Assembly: GCA_963769025.1 (NCBI GenBank)
Contig: CAVYKI010000009.1
Span: 768,001 to 832,000, forward strand
Origin: an uncultured Verrucomicrobiae bacterium
Lineage (GTDB): Bacteria; Verrucomicrobiota; Verrucomicrobiia; Chthoniobacterales; Chthoniobacteraceae
Reading direction: 5' to 3'
Length of the DNA stretch: 64,000 nt
A model generated the notes under the pieces. That model was not told the origin of the DNA and made no database searches. It was given only the letters and a program-made list of their open reading frames with translations. Positions 18,494 through 28,622 of this stretch are shown piece after piece. The position numbers and the translations under genes were made by a program. Position 1 is the first letter of the stretch. Every line of letters begins with the position of its first letter.

Positions 18494-19393
18494 ATGAAAA
18501 CGCTGCAACCGACTGCTCCCACGGGTGGAAATCCGAAGGCGACCGCCACGCGATTCCGCTCGCTCATCAGGCCAAAACTGGCCGCCTGCGTGGCGGCACT
18601 GGCCTTGCTCTTCACCGCGGAAAGTCCCGCCGCCGTCACTCTTCCCAGAGACCTGAATGGCGACGCCAAGTCCGATCTCTTGTTCCAGAACTTCACCGGC
18701 CAGATCGCCGTGTGGTATCTGAATGGAAGCGGAGTCGTCACGGGTACCGCCTACCTCTATGCCGGCAGCCTCGGCGACTGGAGAGTGGTGGGCATCGCGG
18801 ACATGAACAACGACGGCAAGCTCGACCTCGTTTTCCAAGACTCCGCCGGCCAAATCGCCGTCTGGTTCCTGAATGGCGCCGGTGTCGTCACGGGCACCGC
18901 CTACCTCCATACCGGCAGCCTCGGCGACTGGAGAGTGGTGGGCCTCGCGGACATGAACAGCGACCTTAACGCCGACATTGTTTTCCAAAACGGCAACGGA
19001 CTGGTTTACGTGTGGTACATGAATGGCAACGGCGCGGTCACCGCCGCCGGATACCTTTACAACCTCAACCTCACCGACTGGAGAGTCGCGGGGCTCGCGG
19101 ATATGAACGGCGATGGCAACAACGACGTCGTCTTCCAGAACTCGTCCGGCCAGATCTACGTATGGTACATGAACGGCACTGGGACGATCATCACCACCGG
19201 ATACCTCTACGCTGGCTCCATGCTCGACTGGAAAGTGGTGGCACTCGTGGACATGAACGGCGACGCCACCGCCGACGTCATCTTCCAGAACTTGTCCGGC
19301 CAGATCGCCGTTTGGTACATGAATGGCACCGGCGGCATCTCGGGGACGGCCTATCTCTACACCGGCAGCCTCGGCGACTGGCGCGTCCGCTGA
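18494..19393 (+). CDS. Secreted FG-GAP/VCBS-like repeat protein (five 50-aa repeats)
   Basis: Signal region followed by five units of D(L/M)NxDxxxD(L/I/V)xFQ...W(Y/F)(M/L)NG...YL...DW. Confidence 0.85.
   Translation: MKTLQPTAPTGGNPKATATRFRSLIRPKLAACVAALALLFTAESPAAVTLPRDLNGDAKSDLLFQNFTGQIAVWYLNGSGVVTGTAYLYAGSLGDWRVVGIADMNNDGKLDLVFQDSAGQIAVWFLNGAGVVTGTAYLHTGSLGDWRVVGLADMNSDLNADIVFQNGNGLVYVWYMNGNGAVTAAGYLYNLNLTDWRVAGLADMNGDGNNDVVFQNSSGQIYVWYMNGTGTIITTGYLYAGSMLDWKVVALVDMNGDATADVIFQNLSGQIAVWYMNGTGGISGTAYLYTGSLGDWRVR
18650..19390 (+). repeat. Five intragenic 150-bp tandem repeats
   Basis: The CGACTG segment recurs at an exact 150-bp period (blocks 18761-80, 18911-30, 19061-80, 19211-30, 19361-80). 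Confidence 0.9.
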
Positions 19394-19455
19394 TCGGGTG
19401 CATTCCGCGCTCCCCCGCCGGAGGAAAATGGACCGCTGAGCGGAGCAGGGCGTTT

Positions 19456-21126
19456 CTACGCCGCCGACGCGTCCGGACGCGGGCGGATGGCGCTGGTGAC
19501 GCTGGAGCCACGCCTGGTCTTCGTGGGCGTGTCGTCGGGATACGCCACGCGCGAATGCATCATGCTGCTGAGCGTGTGGCGGAATGCCTGGGCGACGGCT
19601 TCGAGGTCGCGGAAGCGGAGGTCGCAGTCGTCGAGCTGGCCGTCGGCGACGCGCTTGCGGATGATGTCGGTGATGAGCTGCTCGATCTTCTGCGGTGTCA
19701 CGCGCTCGAGGCAGCGCGCGGCGCTCTCGATGGAATCAGCGAGGCTCACGATGGCGGATTCGCGGGTCTGCGGCTTGGGCCCGCCGTAGCGGAAGCTGCT
19801 CTCGCTGACCTCGGGCAGATCCTCGTCGTGCATCGAGGCGATCTTCCCGTCGCTGCGAGCAGCCTGCTGCTGGTCCATCGCCTTTTTGTAAAAATAGTAC
19901 ACCATCGAGGTGCCGTGGTGCTCGCGGATGATGTCGATGATCTCCTGGTTGAGCTTGTGCTCCAGCGCGAGCGAGATGCCCTCCTTCACGTGGGCGATGA
20001 TGATGAGCGCGCTCATCGTGGGCGCGAGGTCGTCGTGGGGGTTGCGGTCGTGCCGCATGTTTTCCGTGAAATACTCGGGCTTCACGAGCTTGCCGATGTC
20101 GTGGAAGTAGCTGCACACGCGCGCCATTGTCGGATTGGCTCCGATGGCTTCGCAGGCGCCCTCTGCGAGGTTTGCGACGGCGAGGCTGTGCTGGAAGGTG
20201 CCGGGCGCCTCGATGGTCATCCGGCGGAGCAGCGGGTGGTTCAGGTCGGCGAGTTCCAGCCAGCGGACGCGCGTGGTGATGTGGAAGAGGCTTTCCACCG
20301 CCGGCAGCGCACCGACGATGATGAGCGTCATGACCACCGGGGCGCCGACCGCGACGACGGTCTGGACGGCGAGCGTCTGGTAGTTCAGGGCCGCGCCCTC
20401 GACCCACATGTGGAGGAGATTGATTTCCCGGAAGGCGACCGCGAGCAGCCACGTCGTGAGCCCGACGAAGAGCCCCGCGCGCGGGAGGTCGCCGCGCTTG
20501 CGCACTTCGGCGGTGAGATAAATCGCGACAAATCCGCAGACGAGGCTGGTCGTCACATTCCTCACGATGAAGTCGAGGTCGCCGCTCACGCTGGCAAACA
20601 GCGGCAGGGCAAGGAGCGTCCCGAAGACGGAGACGAACACGGCCATCGAGCGGCCGAGCAGCACGCTCGCCAGGACCGGCCCGAAGCCGAACGGGATGGC
20701 GAGCAGCCACATGTCGTGCCGCTGGATGGCGCTGAATTGCCCGGGCAAAAGCTCCCCGCTGGCGTGAATGGCTGCGTCGGCCTGGAGCACGCAGAGCTTC
20801 GCGAGCCCGAGGTGGCCGAGGACGATGAGGAAAAGCAGCAGGAGGCGCGAGTTGCAGTTCCAAATCTCCCTGCGGGTCAGGAAAAGGTGGCCGACCGCGG
20901 TGGAAAAGACGAGAAGCGCCACGACCCACGGGCCCACCGGCGTCCTCACGGTGCCGGCGGTGATCAGCCAGACAAGGCCGACGGCTGCGCAGACGATGAC
21001 GGCGATGCGTGTGATGACCCCGTGTTCAAGCGTCTCCGCCACTTCGCTCTGAGTCAGGCGACGGCGCGTCTTTTGCGGAGTGAGGCCTTTTTTGGCCAGG
21101 CGTTGGCGTTCGAAAAAACCGAGCAT
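19456..21126 (-). CDS. 7TM-HD phosphohydrolase (PgpH-like cyclic-di-AMP phosphodiesterase family)
   Basis: Multiple TM helices, LELADLNHPLL, APGTFQHS, FHDIGK, YFTEN, EHHGT, FRYGGPKP, LADSIESA. Confidence 0.9.
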   Translation of the reverse strand: MLGFFERQRLAKKGLTPQKTRRRLTQSEVAETLEHGVITRIAVIVCAAVGLVWLITAGTVRTPVGPWVVALLVFSTAVGHLFLTRREIWNCNSRLLLLFLIVLGHLGLAKLCVLQADAAIHASGELLPGQFSAIQRHDMWLLAIPFGFGPVLASVLLGRSMAVFVSVFGTLLALPLFASVSGDLDFIVRNVTTSLVCGFVAIYLTAEVRKRGDLPRAGLFVGLTTWLLAVAFREINLLHMWVEGAALNYQTLAVQTVVAVGAPVVMTLIIVGALPAVESLFHITTRVRWLELADLNHPLLRRMTIEAPGTFQHSLAVANLAEGACEAIGANPTMARVCSYFHDIGKLVKPEYFTENMRHDRNPHDDLAPTMSALIIIAHVKEGISLALEHKLNQEIIDIIREHHGTSMVYYFYKKAMDQQQAARSDGKIASMHDEDLPEVSESSFRYGGPKPQTRESAIVSLADSIESAARCLERVTPQKIEQLITDIIRKRVADGQLDDCDLRFRDLEAVAQAFRHTLSSMMHSRVAYPDDTPTKTRRGSSVTSAIRPRPDASAA

Positions 21127-21325
21127 GTATTCCCAATAGGGCCTGCAGTGTCCGTGCGCGCCCCCTTCTAGGCAAATGGAAAATCCCGGCCCCCGTGACG
21201 GTGGCGGCTGGGAGCTGTGGCTTTCCGCCCGGTCTGGTTGTCAGGGGCCGAGTGCAGGCATTCTTCGCAAGCGATAAAGAAATCCCTTTTCCAAAGGAGC
21301 AATGATCCCTACTTTCCGCGCCCCA

Positions 21326-23155
21326 ATGACAGAAGACATCAAGAAGGCCGTCGAAGCCGGCAAACTCACCTCCACCGTCGGGGCCGCCCTGGCGAAGCTC
21401 CCGCCGGGCACGTTCGTCCAGCACAAGAGCTGGGGCTACGGCGTCATTGTCTCCCACGATTTTCTGCTCAGTCAGACGACGATCGACTTCAAGACAAAGA
21501 AGGCGCACTCGATGCAGCTCCAGTACGCTGGCGAGTCGTTGATCCCTCTGCCTCCCGACCACATCGCCGCGAAGAAATTTCAGGATCTTGAAGCGATCCG
21601 AAAGCTCGGCCAGAGCGACCCTGCCTGCCTTGTCCGGATGGTGCTCCAGTCCCTCGGCGGACGGGCCTCGCAGGAACAGATCGCCTCGCAGCTCGTCCCG
21701 GATGTTTTCAACGACGCCGCTTTCAAGAAATGGTGGGAAGCCGCCAAGCGGGCGCTGAAGTCGGACCCGCTCGTGGGCGTTCCGCAAAAAAAGACCGAGC
21801 CTTTCATCCTCCGCGAACAGGGGCTTTCGCAGACCGACGAAGTGCTCGAGGCATTCAAGGCCGCGCGGACGCTGAAGGATCAGATCACCGCTCTGGACAA
21901 TCTCACGAAGGCGCTCGGCCAGTTCACCGACCCGGCCGTGCTCCAGCCGGTGGTCGCCGCCATCGAATTGGCCGCGAAGAAGAACGTCAAGCTGCACACC
22001 TGCGAAACGCTTCAGCTCCTCGCCGTCCGCGATGAAATTGTCTCGAAGCTCCCCACGCTCACCAGTTCACCCGACACGCCGACCATCGCCGGCATCCTGC
22101 TCGAACAGGATCGCCAGCTTGCCACGCTGCTCGGCGAACTGCCCGTCTCGAAGCTGAAGAAGGTCGTCCTCGCGTTGCCGGAAGCATTCAGCGACCACTG
22201 GAGCACAAAGGCGATCGGCCTTTTCCTCCGCGGAAACTCGAAGCTCGCGCCGGAGGCCGCGCGCCTGCTCATCGAAAAAGGGCGCATGGATGAATTCGGC
22301 GTCGCGCTCGACAAGTCCATCCGCGACCAGTCGATCAGCTCCGAAGGCCTGCAATGGCTCTGCGAGGAACGCCACGGCGTGTACGGCGAGATCGCCCAGC
22401 ATCCGCGTGTGCTCAGCGCCATCCTCGGCGCGATGGAGCGCGATCAATTCAAGGAAAAGCGCGACCGCAAACTCCAGGACATGCTCGTGAACGACCAGGA
22501 ACTCCTGCTCGACCTCGTCGCCGTCGCGACCGACGAGGAACTGCGCGACGTGATGCGCAAGCTCGTCCTCTCGCCGACTTTCGAGGAGCTGAACAAGCGC
22601 TCGCTCCTCGGACGCATCGTCCGCACTTATCCCGAACTGGAGTCGCTCATCACCGGCAGGCCCGACGACGACAAGAAGAACGAACTGATCGTATCGTGGA
22701 AGAGTTTGGAAACCCGCAAGGCCGACTACGACGACCTCGTGAACAAGAAGATCCCGCAGAACCGGCAGGACATCCAGATCGCCCGCAGCTACGGCGACCT
22801 TCGCGAGAATTTCGAATACAAGAGCGCCAAGGAACAGCAACGCGTGCTCTCTCGGCAGAAAAGCGAGGCTGAACGCGACCTCGCCCGCGCCCGCGGCACC
22901 GATTTTGCCGGCGTGACCAATGAAAAGGTCGCCATCGGCACCGCCGTGAAACTCCGCCGCGTGAGCGACGGCGGCGAGGAAAACTACACGATCCTCGGGG
23001 CTTGGGACACGGACCCTTCGAAGCACATCATCAGCTACCTCTCGCAGATGGCGCAGGCGCTCATCGGCCACGCCGCGGGCGACCGCGTCACCGTGCCGAA
23101 GGAAACCGGCGAGCACGAAGTCGAGATCGTCAGCATCGAAGTCGCCAAGCTTTAG
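21326..23155 (+). CDS. greA: Long-form transcription elongation factor GreA with about 450-aa N-terminal extension
   Basis: C-terminal Gre domain ARSYGDLRENFEYKSAK...YTILG...ISYLS. Confidence 0.85.
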   Translation: MTEDIKKAVEAGKLTSTVGAALAKLPPGTFVQHKSWGYGVIVSHDFLLSQTTIDFKTKKAHSMQLQYAGESLIPLPPDHIAAKKFQDLEAIRKLGQSDPACLVRMVLQSLGGRASQEQIASQLVPDVFNDAAFKKWWEAAKRALKSDPLVGVPQKKTEPFILREQGLSQTDEVLEAFKAARTLKDQITALDNLTKALGQFTDPAVLQPVVAAIELAAKKNVKLHTCETLQLLAVRDEIVSKLPTLTSSPDTPTIAGILLEQDRQLATLLGELPVSKLKKVVLALPEAFSDHWSTKAIGLFLRGNSKLAPEAARLLIEKGRMDEFGVALDKSIRDQSISSEGLQWLCEERHGVYGEIAQHPRVLSAILGAMERDQFKEKRDRKLQDMLVNDQELLLDLVAVATDEELRDVMRKLVLSPTFEELNKRSLLGRIVRTYPELESLITGRPDDDKKNELIVSWKSLETRKADYDDLVNKKIPQNRQDIQIARSYGDLRENFEYKSAKEQQRVLSRQKSEAERDLARARGTDFAGVTNEKVAIGTAVKLRRVSDGGEENYTILGAWDTDPSKHIISYLSQMAQALIGHAAGDRVTVPKETGEHEVEIVSIEVAKL

Positions 23156-23178
23156 GCCGCGAGCGCGGCGAGCGGGAC

Positions 23179-23652
23179 CTAAACCGCGGCGACGGTCTTT
23201 CGCCGCTTGCACACCCCCGAGGTGCGCAGTTCGTCGCAGTGGGCCTCGATGCGCACCACTTTCCCCATCGGGGTAAAACCCATCCGCTTGCTGATGCAAA
23301 TCTCCAGCGTGTCGATGTGGACATCCTCGAACTCGATGATCTTCGCGCAGTCGAGGCAGATGAGGTGATTGTGATTCGGATGATCGACGTAGTTCGGGTC
23401 GTAGAACTTGTGGTCGCGGCCGAAATCCATCTCCCGCAGCATCCCGCTCTCCACGAGCAGCGGCAGCGTGCGATAGACCGTCGCGCGTGAGACCGAAGGG
23501 TCCACCTTCTTCGCCATCACCAGCAAATCATCGGCCGTGTAGTGCTCCGTGGTGGTGAACGCCGCCTCAATGATCGCATCACGCTGCGAAGTCCTCCGCA
23601 GCCCTTTCGACTCGAGAAATTCGTAAATGCGCTGGCGGAGCCCGGGATCCAT
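23179..23652 (-). CDS. Fur-family transcriptional repressor
   Basis: GLRRTSQR, H(Y)TADD, SRATVYRTL, HNHLICLDC, C-terminal Cys residues. Confidence 0.92.
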   Translation of the reverse strand: MDPGLRQRIYEFLESKGLRRTSQRDAIIEAAFTTTEHYTADDLLVMAKKVDPSVSRATVYRTLPLLVESGMLREMDFGRDHKFYDPNYVDHPNHNHLICLDCAKIIEFEDVHIDTLEICISKRMGFTPMGKVVRIEAHCDELRTSGVCKRRKTVAAV

Positions 23653-23700
23653 GTGGCGCACAGTTAGCCCAGTCTTCGCACCGGAGTCAAACCGCTCCGT

Positions 23701-25326
23701 TCACCGGTCCGCGCTCAGTTCCAAAATGCGGCCCGGCAGCCAGCCAAACCCGTCCTTGAAGCTGCTCGACCGCGTGTATTCGAGAATCAGCACCCGGCCA
23801 GGCCCGATGCGCAGCACATCGATTGGGCGTCCGAGTTTTGCAAAAATCGTCTCCGTCCTGGCGCTCCACGTGCCGTCGCTCTCTCGCTTTGGGTGCACGG
23901 AGAGCACGTCAAATCCGACATCCTGCGAGCTGCCGGTGCGGTCCTCGCCGATGAGGTTTCCAAAACGCGTGACGAGAAATCCGTTTCGCAGCGGCTCGGG
24001 GAAATCCTCGCCGCACCACGCCATCCCCGCCGGCGAACTGTGCGCATCGAACGTGTAAAGCCCGTCCGCGTTTCCACCGCCGGCAGGTCCGGTGTTCTTC
24101 ACCGGCAACTTGAAGATCATTCCTGCCGGCGGCACCGGCGTGTGCGGATAAGGGCGCGGATCCATCGGCCAGTTGCCGAACTGGAACGGAAACCCGTAGT
24201 GCTTCCCGCGCTCGATGAAATCCAGCTCCTCAGGCGCGTTCGCGTCCGGGCCATTCGTCACCGAGAAAAGCTCCCCTGCCGTATTCCACGCAAAGCCGTA
24301 AGGATTCCGCAGCCCGCGCGCATGGACTTCGATCTCCGGCGTCTCGCTCTTCGGATCGAGCCGCCACAGGCACGCCGTCGTCTCCACTTCACCGCCGGTG
24401 AAAACACCTGTCGCAGTGCCCGCCTCGCCGCCATCCGTGCGCGAACCGCTGCTCACGTAGAGCATCCCGTCCGGCCCGAACGCGAGGTGCGAGACCCCGT
24501 GATTGAACGGCCCGACGCCGTACGGGTAGCGATGCACAAGCCACGGCTCAGCCTTTACCGGTCCGGATTTCAAATCCCCACTGCTGCGCCAGATCGTGAC
24601 CTCATTCATCCGGTAAGGCTCGTCAGCAAAGCCGCGGTTCGTCGTGAACCACAGCCGTCCATCCGTGCCGAGCGTGATCCCGAGCGCGGTGATGTCGGCA
24701 TTTTCCTGCTTCACGTATTCCGCCGGCTGCAGAATCGGCACAATGAGCCCGTTCTCGACATCGAGCCGGTACACCACGCCCTTCTGTCCGAGCGCGTACA
24801 CCGCGCCATCGCGATCCGGCCCCGCGAGCCGCGTGACAAAATCAGGCAACTGCACCACCTCGCGGAGCTTCATCCCCTTCGGCGGCGCGGGCAGCGGCGC
24901 AAACGCATGCGCCCGGACCAGCGCATCGTAAGTCTTGAATTTCGACGTCAGCCTCACCTTCGCCACCTCATCCGGCGTCACGGCCTTTTCCGCATTGCCC
25001 CACGAGGAAAAGACGAACGTCAGCACATCCGCGACGCTGCGATCGTCGAGCGGCTGCACCGGCATCTGGTTGTTGTAGTCCACTCCGTTCACCCGGATTT
25101 TTCCGCCCAGCCCCTCGCAGAGCGCACGGATCGAGCGCTCGCGGTTCTCCTTGATCCAATCCGACGCCGCCAGCGGAGGAAACACCGGCGGCGCCCCCTG
25201 CCCCGTCGCCTGGTGACACACGATGCACCCCTGCTGGTAAATGCGCTCGCCGCGGGCCTTCGACTCCGCCTCGTCGGCAAGGCTCACCGCGGCGACAAAA
25301 AAACATGCGAGTGGGAGGAACCTCAT
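23701..25326 (-). CDS. Cytochrome c fused to glucose/sorbosone-dehydrogenase-like beta-propeller
   Basis: Signal peptide, CIVCH, PPLA, QMP axial Met, then FGPDGMLYVSSG, GLRNPYG, HYGFP, HSSPAG, GRPIDV. Confidence 0.85.
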   Translation of the reverse strand: MRFLPLACFFVAAVSLADEAESKARGERIYQQGCIVCHQATGQGAPPVFPPLAASDWIKENRERSIRALCEGLGGKIRVNGVDYNNQMPVQPLDDRSVADVLTFVFSSWGNAEKAVTPDEVAKVRLTSKFKTYDALVRAHAFAPLPAPPKGMKLREVVQLPDFVTRLAGPDRDGAVYALGQKGVVYRLDVENGLIVPILQPAEYVKQENADITALGITLGTDGRLWFTTNRGFADEPYRMNEVTIWRSSGDLKSGPVKAEPWLVHRYPYGVGPFNHGVSHLAFGPDGMLYVSSGSRTDGGEAGTATGVFTGGEVETTACLWRLDPKSETPEIEVHARGLRNPYGFAWNTAGELFSVTNGPDANAPEELDFIERGKHYGFPFQFGNWPMDPRPYPHTPVPPAGMIFKLPVKNTGPAGGGNADGLYTFDAHSSPAGMAWCGEDFPEPLRNGFLVTRFGNLIGEDRTGSSQDVGFDVLSVHPKRESDGTWSARTETIFAKLGRPIDVLRIGPGRVLILEYTRSSSFKDGFGWLPGRILELSADR

Positions 25327-25409
25327 GGGTCGCGAGCGTAGAAAGTGCGCAGCCCACGTCAAGAGGCCCGCGCATGGACGCCCGGGCAGGCCGTGTGTAT
25401 GTTTCTGCC

Positions 25410-26750
25410 ATGAGCTCGCTGACTCCCCTTCAAAAGCTCGATGCGGCGCATCAGCTCCATCCCTTCACGAATCACGACGAACTCCACGCAGCCGGCACCC
25501 ACATCATCACCGACGGAAGCGGCGCATGGCTCCAGGATCAAAATGGACGCCGCTTGCTCGATGGCCTCGCCGGTCTTTGGTGCGTAAATGTCGGCTACGG
25601 CCGACGCGAACTGATCGACGCCGCGACGCGGCAAATGGAGCGGCTCTGCTACTACCCATCGTTCTTCAACAGCACCACGGAACCCGCCATCCAGCTCGCT
25701 GCAAAGCTCTCCGAACTCGCACCGAAGCGGCTGAATCACGTCATGTTCAGCAACAGCGGCAGCGAGGCGAACGAGACCGCGCTGAAACTCATCCGCGCCT
25801 ACTGGAAGCTGAAGGGCCAGCCCCACCGCACGAAAATCATCACCCGCGAATTCGCCTACCACGGCGTGACACTCGCCACCGCGAGCATGACCGGCCTGCC
25901 CGGTTGCCAGACGCCATTCGATCTTCCCCTGCCCGGATTTCTCCACGCGCCCGCGCCTCACGCCTACGCCGCAAACCGCGAGTCGGATCGCGAGGCCTAC
26001 GCCGACTGGTGCATCGAAGAAACGGCCCGCCTCATCGAACGCGAAGGGCCGGAAACGATCGGCGCGATTTTCGCCGAGCCCGTCCAGGGAGCCGGCGGCG
26101 TCATCGTCCCGCCACCGGGCTATCTCGCGAAACTCCGGGCCCTCGCGCGCAGCCACGGCATCCTCTTCGTCGCCGATGAAGTCATCACCGCATTTGGCCG
26201 GCTCGGCGCGTGGTTTGCCAGCGATCTGTGGTCGCTCGATTCCGATCTCATCTGCCTCGCGAAAGGTCTCACCAGCGGCTACCTCCCGCTCGGCGCGACG
26301 ATGGTCGCCGACGAAATCGCCGACGTCCTCATCCATGGCGGCTACCTCGCGCACGGCTTCACCTACAGCGGCCATCCTACGCCCTGCGCCGTCGCGCTCT
26401 CAAACATCGCACTCATCGAAAGCGAACGCCTCGTCGAGCGCGTGCGCGACGATGTCGGCCCGTATTTCCAGCAAAAGCTCCAGTCCTTCGCAACACATCC
26501 CGCGGTCGGCGAAGTGCGCGGCTGTCAGTTCATCGGCGCGCTGGAGTTGCTCCCTCGCGAAGGAAAGGCCGCGCTGACACCGACGACGCTGCTCGGACTC
26601 AAGGGCGCGAATCTCGTCCGCGACCAGGGCGTCATCGTCCGCGGCATCCGCGACCTCATCGCCATCGCCCCGCCGCTCACCGTCACGCGCGAGGAGATCG
26701 ACTTCCTTTTCACCGCAGTGAACCGCGCGCTCGACCGGCTCTGGGAATAG
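25410..26750 (+). CDS. Class III PLP aminotransferase (SpuC/omega-amino acid transaminase-like)
   Basis: HPFT, DGLAGLWCVNVGYG, SGSEANE, AYHG, ADEVITAFGR, AKGLTSGY, HGFTYSGH. Confidence 0.93.
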   Translation: MSSLTPLQKLDAAHQLHPFTNHDELHAAGTHIITDGSGAWLQDQNGRRLLDGLAGLWCVNVGYGRRELIDAATRQMERLCYYPSFFNSTTEPAIQLAAKLSELAPKRLNHVMFSNSGSEANETALKLIRAYWKLKGQPHRTKIITREFAYHGVTLATASMTGLPGCQTPFDLPLPGFLHAPAPHAYAANRESDREAYADWCIEETARLIEREGPETIGAIFAEPVQGAGGVIVPPPGYLAKLRALARSHGILFVADEVITAFGRLGAWFASDLWSLDSDLICLAKGLTSGYLPLGATMVADEIADVLIHGGYLAHGFTYSGHPTPCAVALSNIALIESERLVERVRDDVGPYFQQKLQSFATHPAVGEVRGCQFIGALELLPREGKAALTPTTLLGLKGANLVRDQGVIVRGIRDLIAIAPPLTVTREEIDFLFTAVNRALDRLWE

Positions 26751-26766
26751 CCGCACGCTCCCGCCC

Positions 26767-28594
26767 ATGGAGCGCCCACGCATCTACCAACTCCTGCCGC
26801 GCCTTTTCGGTAACACCAACGAAACTCGGAAACCGAACGGCACACTCGCGGAGAACGGCACCGGCAAATTCGCGGACATCAGCGACATCGCACTCCGCTC
26901 GCTGCGCGACGAACTGCACATCACGCACCTCTGGCTCACGGGCGTGCATGCGCAGGCGACGGCGACCGACTACTCATCCATCGGCCAGCCCGCGGACGAT
27001 CCCGATTTGCTCAAGGGCCTCGCCGCTTCGCCCTACGCGATCAAGGACTACGCCTTCGTCTGTCCCGACTACGCCATCGACCCGGCAAAACGCATGGACG
27101 AATTCCGCGCGTTGCTCGACCGCGCGCACGCCCTCGGCCTGCGCGTGATCATCGACTTCGTCGCCAACCACGTCGCACGCAGCCACCGCTCCCGCCTCGT
27201 CACCTTCGGCGGGAACGACGACCGCTCGAAGTTTTTCTCCCCGCAAAACAACTTCTTCTGGCTGCAGCCCGACTCGCCCGGCGGCGGTCCACCACTGCGC
27301 CTGCCGACCGTCAGCAACGGCCAGGCCGCAAGCCCCACCTGCCATGCCGCCCGGCGGATGCGACGGACTTTTTTCCGAGGAAATGACCACCGGCCGCGTG
27401 ACGGGCAACAATGCCTGCACTTGGACACCGTCGCTCCACGACTGGTACGAAACCGTGAAACTCAACTACGGCTACGATTTCACGACCGGCGCGCGAGAGT
27501 TTCCGCACGCTGGGAACCCGTCCGCCCCGCTTCCGGACACGTGGAAAAAAATGGATGCCGTGCTCGCGCGCTGGCAGGCGCTCGGCGTGGATGGTTTCCG
27601 CTGCGACATGGCGCACATGGTCCCGGTGGAATTCTGGGCGTGGGCGGTCGCACGCGCACGCGCACGCGATCCCAAGGTATTCTTCGTCGCCGAGGCATAC
27701 GACAACGACCCGATGAAAGTGGAGCAAGGCAACGTGCTCACCGCCCTGCTAGGAGCGGGCTTCGACGCGGTGTACGACGACCCTTCCTACAAGACGCTCA
27801 AGCGAATCTACGACGGCCCCGCATGGGCGAACGACCTCGACGCCACGCTTGCCGCGCACCACCCGGATGTATTTCGCGATGCACTGCGCTACGCGGAAAA
27901 TCACGACGAAGTCCGTCTCGCCGCGCACGGCGAGTGGGGCGGGATCGGCATGGACGTTGGCCGCGCCGTAAGCGGAGTGCTCTTCGGAATCTCACGCGGC
28001 CCCGTGCTCCTCTACAGCGGCCAGGAAGTCGGCGAACCTGCGGCCGGAGTGGCGGGGTTCGGAGGAGGCAATGCCCGCACAACGATCTTCGACTACTGGT
28101 CCATGCCGGAGTTCGCCAAATGGGTGAACGGCCACCGCTACGATGGAGCACGCCTCTCCTCCCAGCAGCGCAGCCTCCGCGAGTTCTACGGACGCCTGCT
28201 CGCCGCATGCGGTGCACCTGCATTTCGCGAAGGCGCATTTTTCCCGCTCAATGCGGCAAACACCGGCAATCCCGCCTTCGCACGGATCGATGGCGAACCC
28301 GCCAGCGGTCACTGGCTCTGCGCCTACTTGCGGGTTCCCGGCCCGGAATACGCACCCTTCCTCGTCCTCGTGAATCTCCATCGCAGCGAGACGTTCCGGG
28401 ATGTCCGCGTCGTCCTGAGTGATGACGCCCGCCGCGCGCTCCGCTGTGCAGCCGACGCGGTCCTTCTGCAGGATCACGTCGGTGGACTCGCCCCGCTGCG
28501 GATCGCCATTCGCGACATGCTGGATCACGGAATCGTCGTCCCTGAACTGCCACCGCTGACACCCGCGTATTTCGAGATGCAGACGGCTCAGTGA
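26767..28594 (+). CDS. GH13 alpha-amylase family protein (frameshift near 27345)
   Basis: IYQLLPRLFGN, SPYAIKDY, IDFVANH, then in the second frame GFRCDMAHMV, AEAY, ENHDE. Confidence 0.9.
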
Positions 28595-28622
28595 CACCGG
28601 AGACACAAGCCGCCAGCCGCTC

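Noticed and set aside
18650..19390. 150-bp repeats as a DGR template/variable pair
   Set aside because: Differences are not adenine-specific, all copies lie in one ORF, and there is no reverse transcriptase in the window.
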